From Escherichia virus TH40: a stretch of DNA of 64,000 bases. Position 1 is the first letter of the stretch; each line of letters begins with the position of its first letter. The position numbers and the translations under genes are program-made. The notes under the pieces were generated by a model. The model was not told where the DNA came from. It made no database searches and saw only the letters and a program-made list of their open reading frames with translations. Shown in pieces: positions 27,615 to 41,405 of this stretch. The stretch lies in the sequence record MT446411.1; one strand, written 5' to 3'.

Positions 27615-29240
27615 ATGATTAATAAACTCAGTCTCAAAGAACTGCCGTATAGCATCGGTATTCCAGACGAAGGTCAACAGAGAATTCGTTGGATACAAAA
27701 CGGCGATTGTATGACTGCGGCCAGTACCAAATATGGTCATGATGGTAATTTGAACGCCGCTGCAGTTGGCGTTCAAACAAACGTAGATACACTCGACGAC
27801 AACTCAAATGCATCTAAAGAAAAAATAAACGAAATTATTGATAACGTCAATAATATTCAGGAAGCTTTGAATATAACAACTAACACGGAAGTTGTTAAAC
27901 AAATTGAAAAAAACCGTACAGATATTCTTGACCTTGATGAACGTCAATTTAATACCGAATTGTTATCAAGCGAAACATCTGAAGACCTTAAAAAGTTAAA
28001 AGAAGATGTTGGTGTTTATGACCCGTTAACCGATTCATATTATCGCACAGTTCGTAATGACCTCGTATGGATTAAAAATGAATTAGGCCAGTATGTTGAC
28101 CAAGATATAAATGGTCTCCAGGTTATCGGCAATCCGTCAAGAGGCATGAAACGTCGCATCATCGATAACAGTTCGGCTATTGTTGCCCATGGAGTTCGTA
28201 TTAAGACTCTTGAGGATAATTACCATGATTCTGATGTTGGTTCTCTTAACGTAAAAGTAATTAAAATTCGCGAAGAATTGGGTGAGTCGACTTTAGCAGT
28301 AGGTAAACCAGCTGTATTTGTTCGACTGAATACTCTTGACGACAAAGTAGTCGAAATTGACGAAGATATTGCCAATATTCAAGAAGATATCGGTTTTGGC
28401 ACCGGGCTTGCAATTACAACTCGCGTTGAAAATCTTGGTGGACGTGTTTCGGTCAATGAAACAGATATTGCGAATATCAAACCAAGACTCACTAAGGTTG
28501 AAGCTGATATCGGCACCGCTCTGGAACCATTAACAATTAATGGTCGAATCAGTGCTTTGCGTTCGGATGTTAATGGCTTACAGGTTGTTGTTGGCCAGGA
28601 TTCAAGCTCTGGTTTACGCGGAACCACTGCATGGCTTTCTCAGAGAATCGGTACAGAGCAATCTCCGGAGCCAAACACTATCACGTATAAGTTGAATGCG
28701 ACCACTACACTGGCTAACGAAACTGCATCAGGCCTTCAGGATGTACAGGCCGAAATCGGTACAAATAACACTGGTATGAAAGGCTCTATTTTGACTTTAA
28801 CTAGCCAGATGAATGGTACAAACCCTAACGGTGCTACCGTGGCTGAACGTGGTGTTCTTCCGGTTGTAATTAACTTGGATATGCTGATGGCGTCCAAGCT
28901 GAACGACGCACCATTGGACAATAAGTTATATGGTCGCAAGCAAGGAAACTGGGCTGAAATTATCGATACCAAAACCGAGATTGATGCAATTAAACTCGAT
29001 ACTGCAAAAATTGCACCATTAACCACTCGCGTGACAACCCTTGAAGGTACAGTAACTCCGCTCCCTGGTCGCCTGGATGTGGCCGAGGCGAAGATAACTA
29101 CTTTAGAAGGTAAAGTATCAGCCTTAGAAACAGAGCTCGCCAAAAGGCCTCCTGTCGCTCCTGCAGCTGATGGTCTCCCTTATGTGCTCGTTGATAATGC
29201 ATGGGTTCTTTTGTCTACATTCGTGACTGTTGGACCATAA
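27615..29240 (+). CDS. wac: fibritin (whisker/neck fibre) with C-terminal foldon-like motif
   Basis: Coiled-coil; SRIRWIQNG N-terminus and C-terminal ...GLPYVLVDNAWVLLSTFV resembling T4 foldon ...YVRKDGEWVLLSTFL. Confidence 0.8.
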   Translation: MINKLSLKELPYSIGIPDEGQQRIRWIQNGDCMTAASTKYGHDGNLNAAAVGVQTNVDTLDDNSNASKEKINEIIDNVNNIQEALNITTNTEVVKQIEKNRTDILDLDERQFNTELLSSETSEDLKKLKEDVGVYDPLTDSYYRTVRNDLVWIKNELGQYVDQDINGLQVIGNPSRGMKRRIIDNSSAIVAHGVRIKTLEDNYHDSDVGSLNVKVIKIREELGESTLAVGKPAVFVRLNTLDDKVVEIDEDIANIQEDIGFGTGLAITTRVENLGGRVSVNETDIANIKPRLTKVEADIGTALEPLTINGRISALRSDVNGLQVVVGQDSSSGLRGTTAWLSQRIGTEQSPEPNTITYKLNATTTLANETASGLQDVQAEIGTNNTGMKGSILTLTSQMNGTNPNGATVAERGVLPVVINLDMLMASKLNDAPLDNKLYGRKQGNWAEIIDTKTEIDAIKLDTAKIAPLTTRVTTLEGTVTPLPGRLDVAEAKITTLEGKVSALETELAKRPPVAPAADGLPYVLVDNAWVLLSTFVTVGP

Positions 29241-29241
29241 C

Positions 29242-29263
29242 AAAAGGGCTTCGGCCCTTTTTT
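29242..29263 (+). terminator. hairpin GGGC-TTCG-GCCC + TTTTTT after wac
   Basis: Stem-loop plus T-run. Confidence 0.6.
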
Positions 29264-29265
29264 CG

Positions 29266-29273
29266 TATAAATA
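29266..29273 (+). promoter_or_regulatory. late promoter TATAAATA (gene 13)
   Basis: Exact consensus directly after terminator hairpin. Confidence 0.6.
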
Positions 29274-29291
29274 CAGTAAAGAGGAAAACAT

Positions 29292-30230
29292 ATGGCAACT
29301 GAATCATACAACCCGAAACAATTAAAAGATGCAATCCTTCGACGTCTTGGTGCTCCAATTACGAATATCGAAGTTACGACCGAACAGGTCTATGATTGCA
29401 TCCAGCGTGCATTAGAATTATATGGTGAATATCATTATAATGGTTATAACAAAGGTTATCAGGCTTTTTATATCGGTCATGATGACGTTTCACAGCAGAA
29501 ATTTCGCGATGGCGTTTTCGATTTAAAAGGCCGTAATATTTTTGCAGTAACGCAGATTATTCGTACTAACGTCGGTTCATTAACTTCGATGGATGGTCAA
29601 GCTACATATCCATGGTTCACAGATTTTGTTCTAGGACTGGCCGGGATTAACGGTGGAATGGGTAGCTCATGTAACAGCTTTGGTCCAAATGCTTTTGGTG
29701 CAGACCTTGGTTATTTTACACAGCTTATGCAATATCGTTCAATGATGCAAGACCTGATGGTTCCGCTTCCGGATTACTGGTATAATGACGATACTGAACA
29801 ACTTAAAATTATGGGTAACTTCCGACAGGGAGATGTGATTGTAATTGAAGTTTATACCAAATCGTATAACGGCGTGGATTCAATGGTAGGCAATACAGCT
29901 GGATATGGTTTTGCTTCGGCCGATTGTGATAATCCGTGGAATGCTGGCGCACAGTGGGATAACCCGGCGCGCAGAATAAGCGGCATGAGAGCAGGTGAGG
30001 ACCTTGGACTTCAAGATGGCGCATACAACAACCGTTGGGTGAAAGACTATGCCACGGCGCTCGTTAAGGAAGTTAACGGCAACGTATTGGCTAAACACCA
30101 GGGGATGATGATGCCAGGTGGTACCACGGTTGATGGTGTTCGTTTAATTGAAGAAGCTCGTATGGAAAAAGAACGTCTTCGTGAGGAACTTGACCTGCTG
30201 GATGCACCGGCTGGAATACTAATTGGGTGA
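29292..30230 (+). CDS. 13: gp13 neck protein
   Basis: 312 aa vs T4 309; late promoter 29266-29273. Confidence 0.85.
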   Translation: MATESYNPKQLKDAILRRLGAPITNIEVTTEQVYDCIQRALELYGEYHYNGYNKGYQAFYIGHDDVSQQKFRDGVFDLKGRNIFAVTQIIRTNVGSLTSMDGQATYPWFTDFVLGLAGINGGMGSSCNSFGPNAFGADLGYFTQLMQYRSMMQDLMVPLPDYWYNDDTEQLKIMGNFRQGDVIVIEVYTKSYNGVDSMVGNTAGYGFASADCDNPWNAGAQWDNPARRISGMRAGEDLGLQDGAYNNRWVKDYATALVKEVNGNVLAKHQGMMMPGGTTVDGVRLIEEARMEKERLREELDLLDAPAGILIG

Positions 30231-30233
30231 TTA

Positions 30234-30869
30234 ATGACTACTTACTATAGACTTTATGTATCAACATTTGAAACATCTAATGGGATAATGGTATATGGCG
30301 GTAAACGCCATTCACATTATGAAGATTCTAAAGCGGATAGTTATTTCGGTTCTGGTACTATTGTCAAGCGAGCTAAACAAAAATACGGAAGGAAATGTTT
30401 AGTCGACATTACATGGTCTAAACCTTTTGAATCGCCTGCCCTATTAAAAGAAGCCGAAGCCTTACTAGTCAGTGAGCTTTTAGAAAGTTTCGATAATTGT
30501 GCAAATTTACATCCAACAGGGGGAGGCGGACCAGAAGGTTATAGTTGTCCAGAAGATTCCCCTGCCTTTGGTAAAAAGAGAACAGCAGAATCAAGAAAAC
30601 GAATGTCAGACGCAGCAAAACAAAGGGAATGGTCAGAAGAAGGATTAAAACGTCGTAAAGAATCAACAGCTCGAATGTGGATTGATTTTAAGGACAGACA
30701 TCCAGATTTTTCTGATGATAAAAATCCGGCCGCGCGTAAAATTATTACCGGCGACCTAGAATTTTGTACCGGAAGAAAATGTGCAGAATATTATTCGATA
30801 ACACCGGCGACGGTCATTTACAGATGTAAAAGTACAGCCGAAAAATGGAAATTATGGAATTATGCGTAA
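30234..30869 (+). CDS. putative free-standing homing endonuclease (GIY-YIG-like N-terminus, NUMOD3-like motif)
   Basis: Extra gene between 13 and 14 (not present in T4); N-terminal YRLYV-x10-MVYGGKR; [18 protein letters not shown] resembles NUMOD3 repeat. Confidence 0.5.
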   Translation: MTTYYRLYVSTFETSNGIMVYGGKRHSHYEDSKADSYFGSGTIVKRAKQKYGRKCLVDITWSKPFESPALLKEAEALLVSELLESFDNCANLHPTGGGGPEGYSCPEDSPAFGKKRTAESRKRMSDAAKQREWSEEGLKRRKESTARMWIDFKDRHPDFSDDKNPAARKIITGDLEFCTGRKCAEYYSITPATVIYRCKSTAEKWKLWNYA

Positions 30870-31650
30870 TTCTTATGATGCAAGCTTATTCGCTCGGCTC
30901 GAAGATGGAACCGGGTATGACAATACAAACTCGTCAGAGATACTCAACCAATATGTAAACTTTATGCATCATGAAAATACCCAGACTTTAGCAGATGCTA
31001 TTGTTGCTGAAAGTATTCAGATGCGCGGAATGTCTCTCTATTATATCCCAAGACAATTCGTTAAACCGGATTTATTATTCGGTGAAGACCTCCAGAGTAA
31101 ATTTGATAAAGCATGGAAATTTGCTGGATATCTGGATACGTTCGATGCATATCAGGGTGATGGTTCTATCTTTAGTAAATTCGGTATGACTGTGAACGAT
31201 GAAATTACAATATCGATTAACCCTAATCTGTTTAAACACCAATGTAACGGAACTGAACCTATCGCCGGGGATTTGATTTATTTCCCTCTTGATAACAGCC
31301 TGTTCGAAATTACATGGGTGCAACCTTATGACCCATTCTATCAGGTAGGTCAAAATGCTATCCGTAAAATCACCGCGAGCAAATACATTTACTCCGGGGA
31401 AGAACTTAAACCTGAATTGCAACGGAATGAAGGTATTAATATTTCAGAATTCAGCGAGCTCGATTTACAACCAATCCACAATATTGATGGCCTTACAGAT
31501 ATCAGCGATATCCCTTATGCTGAATCCAATGAGATTAACGCAGAAGCAGCTGAATATGTTAAACCATATTTTGTGCAGAATGGTCGTGGACTTGAGGCTC
31601 CACCTAAGGCAAAACAGGATAGCTTTGACGATAGTTTCTTTGATGAATAA
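30862..31650 (+). CDS. 14: gp14 neck protein
   Basis: 262 aa vs T4 256; synteny. Confidence 0.85.
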   Translation: MRNSYDASLFARLEDGTGYDNTNSSEILNQYVNFMHHENTQTLADAIVAESIQMRGMSLYYIPRQFVKPDLLFGEDLQSKFDKAWKFAGYLDTFDAYQGDGSIFSKFGMTVNDEITISINPNLFKHQCNGTEPIAGDLIYFPLDNSLFEITWVQPYDPFYQVGQNAIRKITASKYIYSGEELKPELQRNEGINISEFSELDLQPIHNIDGLTDISDIPYAESNEINAEAAEYVKPYFVQNGRGLEAPPKAKQDSFDDSFFDE

Positions 31651-31693
31651 ATACATTTATTAATGCGCCCGAACTGGGCGCCTGGAGGTTACT

Positions 31694-32565
31694 TTGTTTG
31701 GGCATTTTTATAATTCGTCTCTGCGTCGCTATATCGTTTTAATGGGCGATTTATTTTCCCATGTACAAGTGGCCAGAACCAGAGAAGACACTGGACTTAA
31801 ATATATTAAGGTCCCTATTTCTTATGCTTCAAAAGAAAAATTCATGATGCAGCTTGGAAAATGGACCGCTATTCAGAATACACCGACTCCTGACATGTCA
31901 CCACAAGAACGTGCTGCTCAGAAGGCTAAAATCGAGACCGTATTGCCCCGTATGAACCTGCATATGGTTGACTTGATGTATAACGGGCAATATAAAACGG
32001 CTCTCCAGAATCACACACAGGCGCGATTTGCTAATAACGACCCTCGCAAGCAGATATCTCAATATTCTCCTGTACCGGTCAAAATGATTTTCGAGCTTGG
32101 AATATATACAAGGCATCAAGATGATATGTTCCAGATTATCGAACAAATCATGCCTTACTTCCAACCACATTTTAATACAACTATCACCGAACTTTACACG
32201 AATGAAATTACATTCGAACGTGATATAAGAATCGTATTGCAGTCAATTGCTATGGATGAGCAAATTGAAGGTGATGCAATGACTCGTCGTAGACTCGAAT
32301 GGTCCATTATGTTCGAAGTTAACGGTTGGTTATATCCACCGGTCAAGGAAGTAGCCGGGGAAATCCGTACTATCTATCTTGACTTCTTTGCAAATTCCAG
32401 AGAGCTTGCACCGGAGGGCAATTTCGAATCTGTTGACTCGGAAGCTGTTCCACGAGACGTCGACCAAGAAGACTGGCAAGGTGAATCTGTTCAAACATAT
32501 TCGCAGGATATTCCTGTACCGGTTGACCCAGCGCCGCCAGCCCCAAGAAAAAATAGGGTACCACT

Positions 32566-32569
<4 letters not shown>
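31694..32569 (+). CDS. 15: gp15 tail sheath stabiliser / tail terminator
   Basis: [13 protein letters not shown]...LMGDLFS...[11 protein letters not shown] matches T4 gp15; TTG start with GGAGG RBS. Confidence 0.9.
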
Positions 32570-34876
<2,307 letters not shown>

Positions 34877-34905
34877 AAGTAAAGCAAACTATTAGAGGAC
34901 TCAAA

Positions 34906-36885
34906 ATGGCTTTATTATCCCCGGGCATTGAGCTCAAAGAAACAACGGTACAAAGCACTGTTGTTCGTAACGCGACGGGTCGTGCGGCGCTGGTTGGTAA
35001 ATTCCAGTGGGGCCCAGCTTTCCAGGTAACTCAAATTACAAACGAAGTTGAACTTGTTGATTTGTTTGGTGGTCCGAATAATGAAACAGCAGATTACTTT
35101 ATGAGTGGGATGAACTTCCTGCAATATGGTAACGACCTCCGTACTGTACGTGTTGTTAACCGTGACGAAGCTAAAAACGCATCCCCTATTGCTGGCAATA
35201 TTGAAACTACCATCGTAACTGCTGGTACAAACTATGCTGTCGGTGATGTTATTCAGGTTAAACACAACCAGACTGTTGTTGAACCGGCTGGCCGTGTGAC
35301 CAAGGTCGACGTTGATGGTAAAATTCAGGCAATCTTTATTCCTACCGATAAGATTATTGCATTTGCCAAAACTATTAACCAGTATCCTAATTTAGGTAGT
35401 GCATGGACTGCAGAAGTTACGACCACTTCTTCCGGTGTATCTGGTACCATCACTGTTGGGAAAATTGTTACCGATTCTGGCATTCTGTTGACTGAAGCAG
35501 AAAACAGTGAAGAAGCAATTACTTCTCTGGAATTCCAGGCATCACTGGCAAAATATGCAATGCCGGGTGTTGTTGCTCTTTATCCAGGCGAAATCGGTTC
35601 GACTCTGGAAGTTGAAATCGTATCTAAAGCTGAATTTGAAAAAGGCGCAGCTGCAAATCTGAATATTTTCCCGGGCGGCGGAACGCGTGCTTCTGTGGCT
35701 CGTGCCGTGTTTAACTATGGCCCTCAGTCTGAAAACCAATATGCAATTATCGTTCGCCGCGATGGTGCAATCGTCGAAAACGTTGTTTTGTCTACCAAGC
35801 AGGGCGAAAAAGATGTTTACGGTAATAACATTTATCTGGATGACTACTTTGCAAAAGGTACTTCCAACTACATCTATGCAACATCTCGCAACTGGCCTGT
35901 AGGCTTCAGTGGTATCATCAATCTGTCTGGTGGTATTTCTGCAAACGATAAGATTACCGCTGGTGATTTGATGCAAGGTTGGGACCTGTTTGCTGACCGT
36001 GAAGCACTGCATATTAACCTGCTTATCGCTGGTGCAGTAGCTGGTGAAGGTGATGCGACCGCTTCCACTGTTCAGAAACACGTGGTTTCTATTGCTGACG
36101 AACGTCAGGATTGTCTGGCATTTATTTCCCCGCCGAAAGGTCTGTTGGTTAACGTTCCTCTGACCCGTGCAGTGGATAACCTGATTGACTGGCGTACAGG
36201 TGCTGGCGCATTTGATACTGATAACATGAATATCAGCACGACTTATGCAGCGATTGATGGCAACTATAAATATCAGTATGATAAATATAATGACGTTAAC
36301 CGTTGGGTTCCTCTGGCAGCTGATATGGCTGGTCTGTGTGCTCGTACTGATGATGTTTCTCAGCCTTGGATGTCTCCGGCTGGTTATAACCGCGGTCAGA
36401 TTCTGAACGTTCTGAAATTGGCTGTTGAACCACGTCAGACCCAACGTGACCGCATGTATCAAGAAGCTATCAACCCGGTTGTTGGTTTCGCAGGTGGTGA
36501 TGGTTTTGTTCTGTACGGTGATAAGACTGCAACTAAAGTTCCATCTCCGATGGACCATATTAACGTTCGTCGTCTTACGAATATGCTGAAGAAAAATATC
36601 GGTGATGCATCCAAATATAAACTGTTTGAGCTTAACGATAACTTCACTCGTGCATCATTCCGTATGGAAACTTCTCAATACTTGGATGGTATTCGTGCAC
36701 TTGGTGGCATTTATGAAGGTCGTGTAGTTTGTGATACTACTAACAACACCCCGTCGGTCATAGACCGAAATGAGTTTGTTGCTAGCATTTATTTTAAACC
36801 TGCGCGCAGCATCAACTACATCACTCTTAATTTCGTAGCCACTAGCACTGGTGCTGATTTTGATGAGCTGATTGGGCCACAATAA
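34906..36885 (+). CDS. 18: gp18 tail sheath protein
   Basis: 659 aa identical length to T4 gp18; MALLSPGIELKETTVQS; late promoter 34869-34876. Confidence 0.95.
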   Translation: MALLSPGIELKETTVQSTVVRNATGRAALVGKFQWGPAFQVTQITNEVELVDLFGGPNNETADYFMSGMNFLQYGNDLRTVRVVNRDEAKNASPIAGNIETTIVTAGTNYAVGDVIQVKHNQTVVEPAGRVTKVDVDGKIQAIFIPTDKIIAFAKTINQYPNLGSAWTAEVTTTSSGVSGTITVGKIVTDSGILLTEAENSEEAITSLEFQASLAKYAMPGVVALYPGEIGSTLEVEIVSKAEFEKGAAANLNIFPGGGTRASVARAVFNYGPQSENQYAIIVRRDGAIVENVVLSTKQGEKDVYGNNIYLDDYFAKGTSNYIYATSRNWPVGFSGIINLSGGISANDKITAGDLMQGWDLFADREALHINLLIAGAVAGEGDATASTVQKHVVSIADERQDCLAFISPPKGLLVNVPLTRAVDNLIDWRTGAGAFDTDNMNISTTYAAIDGNYKYQYDKYNDVNRWVPLAADMAGLCARTDDVSQPWMSPAGYNRGQILNVLKLAVEPRQTQRDRMYQEAINPVVGFAGGDGFVLYGDKTATKVPSPMDHINVRRLTNMLKKNIGDASKYKLFELNDNFTRASFRMETSQYLDGIRALGGIYEGRVVCDTTNNTPSVIDRNEFVASIYFKPARSINYITLNFVATSTGADFDELIGPQ

Positions 36886-37029
36886 TTATCATCGCTTAGA
36901 ATGAATTAATCAGTTAGAAACCGTAGAACCATTATACAGTGGTATAAATAAAAGCATAATCGGTTCTACGGGCTCCTGTGGTTGATTCTGGGAAGCCATT
37001 ATCTTGAGATGATGAATCATATTACCTAG

Positions 37030-37037
37030 TATAAATA
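37030..37037 (+). promoter_or_regulatory. late promoter TATAAATA (gene 19)
   Basis: Exact consensus; supports gp19 start at 37090. Confidence 0.6.
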
Positions 37038-37089
37038 CATGCATCAGGGACGCGTTCGCGCGACCTGTGTCTATAAAGAGGATTCCTTA

Positions 37090-37581
37090 ATGGAGTTGAC
37101 CGATATCACACGCGCTTTCGAATCCGGCGACTTTGCTCGCCCTAACCTGTTCGAAGTCGAAATCCCATTCCTGGGTAAAAACTTTGCTTTCCATTGTAAA
37201 GCAGCCCCGATGCCAGCAGGCATTGTAGAAAAAGTTCCTGTCGGCTACATGAACCGTAAAATCAACGTTGCGGGCGACCGTACATTTGATGACTGGACTA
37301 TTACGATTTATAACGACGATGCTCATAAAGTTCGTCAAGCAATTGTTGATTGGCAAAACCTGTGTCACGGTATGACTAACGAAATCACCGGTGCAGCTCC
37401 TGCTGATTATAAGAAAACCGCTACTGTCCGCCAGTTCCATCGTGATGGTAAGACCGTTACGAAAGAAGTTGTTATTACCGGCATGTGGCCAACCAACGTT
37501 GGGGAAGTCCAGATGGATTGGGACTCCAATAATGAGATTGAGACGTTCGAAGCAACGTTCGCAATTGACTGGTGGGAATAA
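37090..37581 (+). CDS. 19: gp19 tail tube protein
   Basis: 163 aa from internal ATG; ...TRAFESGDFARPNLFEVEI... matches T4 gp19; late promoter 37030-37037. Confidence 0.95.
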   Translation: MELTDITRAFESGDFARPNLFEVEIPFLGKNFAFHCKAAPMPAGIVEKVPVGYMNRKINVAGDRTFDDWTITIYNDDAHKVRQAIVDWQNLCHGMTNEITGAAPADYKKTATVRQFHRDGKTVTKEVVITGMWPTNVGEVQMDWDSNNEIETFEATFAIDWWE

Positions 37582-37582
37582 G

Positions 37583-37590
37583 TATAAATA
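37583..37590 (+). promoter_or_regulatory. late promoter TATAAATA (gene 20)
   Basis: Exact consensus followed by GAGGCTTCGGCCTC hairpin in leader. Confidence 0.55.
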
Positions 37591-37638
37591 AAGTTATTAT
37601 GAGGCTTCGGCCTCATTTCCCAAACTTCGGAGACTCTA

Positions 37639-39213
37639 ATGGCAGGTTTTAACACAATACTAAATTTTCTTAAGCCTTGGGCTAAAGAAGATGAACAAGA
37701 ATATAAGCAACAAGAAAAAAATAATTTAGAGTCAATGACCGGGCCGAAGTTTGACGATGGGGCTCGCGAAATTGAGTCACAAGAACAAAACGTCCCGTAT
37801 AATGCATTGATGCAACAGATGTTCGGGAGTAATGAACCTGAAGTAAAAAATACCAGGGAATTAATTGACACTTACCGCAACTTACTAAATAATTATGAAG
37901 TTGATAACGCGGTGCAAGAAATTGTGTCTGATGCTATCGTTTTTGAAGACGGTAAAGATGTTGTATCTCTTAACCTTGATGCTACCGAATTTAGTCAGAA
38001 AATTAAAGACCGAATCCTCGAAGAATTCTCGGAAGTTAATAACCTCCTTAATTTCGAGCGTAAAGGTTCTGACCACTTTAAACGTTGGTATGTGGATTCT
38101 CGAATTTTCTTCCACAAAATTATCAACCCAGCAAAACTTAAAGATGGGGTCCAAGAACTTCGTCGCCTTGACCCAAGACAAATCCAGTTCATCCGTGAAA
38201 TCGTTACACGCATGGAAAATGGTACAAAAATTGTCGACGGTTACAGAGAATATTTTGTATACGATACTGGCCATGAAAGTTATTGTGCCGATGGTCGTAT
38301 ATATGAAGCGGGTACTAAAATAAAAATTCCTCGTGCGGCGATTGTATATGCGCATTCTGGATTACTCGATTGCTGTGGTAAGAATATCATCGGATACTTA
38401 CAACGAGCAATTAAACCTGCAAACCAATTAAAACTATTAGAAGATGCTTTAGTCATTTATCGTATAACTCGTGCACCAGACCGCCGAGTCTTTTATATCG
38501 ATACCGGGAATATGCCGTCTCGTAAAGCAGCAGCACACATGCAACATATTATGAATACGATGAAAAACCGTGTCGTATATGATGCAACCACGGGTAAAAT
38601 CAAAAATCAACAGCACAACATGTCTATGACAGAAGACTATTGGTTGCAACGTCGTGATGGTAAAGCAGTCACCGAAGTTGATACTCTCCCGGGCGCGCAA
38701 GGCATGTCGGATATGGACGATGTTCGCTGGTTTAAGAACAACCTATATCAGGCTCTCCGAATTCCATTATCTCGTATCCCTAATGACCAAAACAGCGGCG
38801 TTATGTTTGATGCGGGCGCGACAATTACTCGCGATGAATTGAATTTCTCTAAATGGATTAGGCAGCTACAGAATAAATTTGAAGAAGTTTTCCTCGACCC
38901 GCTTAAAACCAACCTTATCCTGAAAAAAATTATTTCAGAAGAGGAATGGGAAAAGGAACTAAATAATATTAAAGTTACGTTCAACCGTGATAGCTATTTC
39001 ACTGAAATGAAAGACGCAGAAATCATGGAACGCAGAATCAATATGCTAACGATGGCTGAACCGTTTATCGGTAAATATATTTCGCATCAAACGGCTATGA
39101 AGGACTTCCTCCAGATGTCTGATGAAGAAATTAATCAAGAAGCTAAGCAAATTGAATTGGAGTCCAAAGAGGCTCGTTTCCAAAACCCTGAAGAAGAAGA
39201 AGAGGATTTCTAA
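37639..39213 (+). CDS. 20: gp20 portal vertex protein
   Basis: 524 aa identical length to T4 gp20; late promoter 37583-37590. Confidence 0.9.
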   Translation: MAGFNTILNFLKPWAKEDEQEYKQQEKNNLESMTGPKFDDGAREIESQEQNVPYNALMQQMFGSNEPEVKNTRELIDTYRNLLNNYEVDNAVQEIVSDAIVFEDGKDVVSLNLDATEFSQKIKDRILEEFSEVNNLLNFERKGSDHFKRWYVDSRIFFHKIINPAKLKDGVQELRRLDPRQIQFIREIVTRMENGTKIVDGYREYFVYDTGHESYCADGRIYEAGTKIKIPRAAIVYAHSGLLDCCGKNIIGYLQRAIKPANQLKLLEDALVIYRITRAPDRRVFYIDTGNMPSRKAAAHMQHIMNTMKNRVVYDATTGKIKNQQHNMSMTEDYWLQRRDGKAVTEVDTLPGAQGMSDMDDVRWFKNNLYQALRIPLSRIPNDQNSGVMFDAGATITRDELNFSKWIRQLQNKFEEVFLDPLKTNLILKKIISEEEWEKELNNIKVTFNRDSYFTEMKDAEIMERRINMLTMAEPFIGKYISHQTAMKDFLQMSDEEINQEAKQIELESKEARFQNPEEEEEDF

Positions 39214-39467
39214 TGGATGATTTATTTGAAGCCATTAAATCAAACGACCTCGTAGCCGTTCGCAAATATTTTGCTGAAAACATTGGCCCAGTATGCGGTA
39301 GTTTGATTGAAGAACGTAAGATTGAAATTGCACGTTCCATCATGATTGAAGGCGAAGAGCCTAAAGAAGATGATGAAGACGGTAAAGCAGAAAAGAAAGA
39401 CAAAAAAGAATCTGATGACGCTGACGAAGGCGACGATGACGAAGATGATGATGAGGACGATGAATAA
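39213..39467 (+). CDS. 67: gp67 prohead core protein
   Basis: 84 aa acidic C-terminus, synteny 20-67-68-21. Confidence 0.7.
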   Translation: MDDLFEAIKSNDLVAVRKYFAENIGPVCGSLIEERKIEIARSIMIEGEEPKEDDEDGKAEKKDKKESDDADEGDDDEDDDEDDE

Positions 39468-39895
39468 TGTTTATTATCCCTGATGATTACGAATTAACTC
39501 TTGAAAACATTGAAAGTGTTTCCGAAGAAGCTCAGGGACAATTTGATTCATTATCTGAAGCCTTAGAAAAAGACGATATAAATATTATTGTAGAAAACAT
39601 GTTTGCAGCCGGTGAATATGAAAAAGCAACGGTTATCGGCGCGCTGAATGAAGGTGTTCAGCTTAACGAATTTATCGTTAAACATGTATCGTCTCGCGGC
39701 GAGTTAACCCGCACAAAAGACCTAGCTACTCGTAAGCGTAATGCTTTCCAAACAACTGGTCTTTCTAAAGCTAAACGTCGTCAAATTGCCCGTCTGGCTA
39801 CTAAAACAAAAAGAGCAAACCCATCTACGCAAATCAGAGCAGAGCGCAAGCGCAAAAAAGCTCGAGCTAAGCGTAAAGCATTCGGACTTGATTAA
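39467..39895 (+). CDS. 68: gp68 prohead core protein
   Basis: 142 aa vs T4 141, synteny. Confidence 0.7.
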   Translation: MFIIPDDYELTLENIESVSEEAQGQFDSLSEALEKDDINIIVENMFAAGEYEKATVIGALNEGVQLNEFIVKHVSSRGELTRTKDLATRKRNAFQTTGLSKAKRRQIARLATKTKRANPSTQIRAERKRKKARAKRKAFGLD

Positions 39896-40533
39896 TGGAA
39901 CAGAAACCAGAGTTACTAATTGAACACTGGGGTCAACCGGGCGAAATTAAAGATGGTGTACCGATGTTGGAATCTCATGACGGTTCCAGCAGCGGTTTAA
40001 AGCCAGGACTTTATATTGAAGGTATTTTCCTACAAGCTGAAGTTGTTAACCGTAATAAACGACTTTATCCTAAACATATTTTGGAAAAAGCCGTTGCTGA
40101 TTATATGACAGAACAGGTTGCTACTAAACAAGCTTTAGGAGAATTAAATCATCCGCCCCGTGCTAACGTCGACCCTATGCAAGCCGCTATTATTATTGAA
40201 GATATGTGGTGGAAAGGTAATGATGTATATGGCCGAGCGCGTATTATCGAAGGCGACCATGGCCCAGGTGATAAACTTGCTGCAAATATAAGAGCAGGTT
40301 GGATTCCAGGTGTATCTAGTCGTGGACTTGGTTCCTTGACTAAATCAGCAAAAGGTTATAGCATCGTTAATGAAGGTTTTAAATTGACGGTTGGAGTAGA
40401 TGCAGTATGGGGGCCAAGTGCTCCGGACGCTTGGGTCAAACCAAAGCAGATTACAGAATCACAAACGGCAGTTGCCGATACCAGTGCCGATGACGCCTTT
40501 ATGGCTCTCGCAGAGGCTTTAAAGACGTTATAA
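39895..40533 (+). CDS. 21: gp21 prohead core scaffold / protease
   Basis: 212 aa identical length to T4 gp21; synteny. Confidence 0.9.
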   Translation: MEQKPELLIEHWGQPGEIKDGVPMLESHDGSSSGLKPGLYIEGIFLQAEVVNRNKRLYPKHILEKAVADYMTEQVATKQALGELNHPPRANVDPMQAAIIIEDMWWKGNDVYGRARIIEGDHGPGDKLAANIRAGWIPGVSSRGLGSLTKSAKGYSIVNEGFKLTVGVDAVWGPSAPDAWVKPKQITESQTAVADTSADDAFMALAEALKTL

Positions 40534-40536
40534 ATA
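40529..40536 (+). promoter_or_regulatory. late promoter TATAAATA (gene 22)
   Basis: Exact consensus 30 nt upstream of ATG. Confidence 0.6.
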
Positions 40537-40565
40537 AATGTATATCTTAACAACAGGACTACAAA

Positions 40566-41384
40566 ATGCTTAAAGAACAACTCATTTCTGAAGCTCAGAA
40601 TATCGATGCTTCCGTTGCTCTCGATAGTATTTTCGAATCAGTTAATTTGTCCCCGGAAGCGAAAGCTACCTTCGGCACTGTATTCGAAGCTACCGTCAAG
40701 CAACACGCCATCAAACTGGCAGAATCTCACATTCACGCCATCGCTGAAAAAGCTGAAGAAGAAGTCGAAAAGAATAAAGAAGAAGCCGACGAAAAAGCAG
40801 AGAAAAAACTGAAAGAATCTGCAGCTAAATTCCTGGACCACGTTGCTAAAGAATGGCTCGCTGAAAATAAACTGGCTGTCGACCGTGGCATTAAAGCTGA
40901 CCTGTTCGAATCCATGTTCACCGGCATGAAAGAACTGTTCGTTGAGCACAACGTTGTTGTTCCAGAAGAATCTGTCGATGTTGTTGCAGAAATGCAGGAA
41001 GAACTGGCTGAACAGAAAGAAGAAACCGCTAATCTGTTCGAAGAAGTTGCTAAGCGTGATGCTTATATCAATTATGTCCAACGTGAAGTTGCGTTGACTG
41101 AAGCGACTAAAGACCTGACTGAATCTCAAAAAGAAAAAGTTGGTTCTCTGGTAGAAGGCATGGAATACTCTGATGCATTCGGTACCAAAATTGGCGTTAT
41201 CGTTGAAATGGTTAAAGGTCAGGTAGAACCCACCGACAAACCAATCACCGAAGCCGCTATAAATAAAAATGTAGACGATGCTGCGGCACTGAATTACATT
41301 TCAGAAGCAGTTGAAGAAAAAGGCGCCAAGCCTACCCTGTCCTTCGCGGACTTGTCTGCTCTCGCAGCATCACGAATTTCTTAA
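40566..41384 (+). CDS. 22: gp22 prohead core scaffolding protein
   Basis: 272 aa acidic coiled-coil; late promoter 40529-40536. Confidence 0.85.
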   Translation: MLKEQLISEAQNIDASVALDSIFESVNLSPEAKATFGTVFEATVKQHAIKLAESHIHAIAEKAEEEVEKNKEEADEKAEKKLKESAAKFLDHVAKEWLAENKLAVDRGIKADLFESMFTGMKELFVEHNVVVPEESVDVVAEMQEELAEQKEETANLFEEVAKRDAYINYVQREVALTEATKDLTESQKEKVGSLVEGMEYSDAFGTKIGVIVEMVKGQVEPTDKPITEAAINKNVDDAAALNYISEAVEEKGAKPTLSFADLSALAASRIS

Positions 41385-41405
41385 TTTAATAAGGTTATAC
41401 AACAC

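Noticed and set aside
35542-36558. Reverse-strand 338-aa ORF
   Set aside because: Entirely inside gene 18 on the opposite strand; long only because the highly codon-biased gp18 sequence lacks antisense stops; Cys/Thr/Asn-rich nonsense translation.
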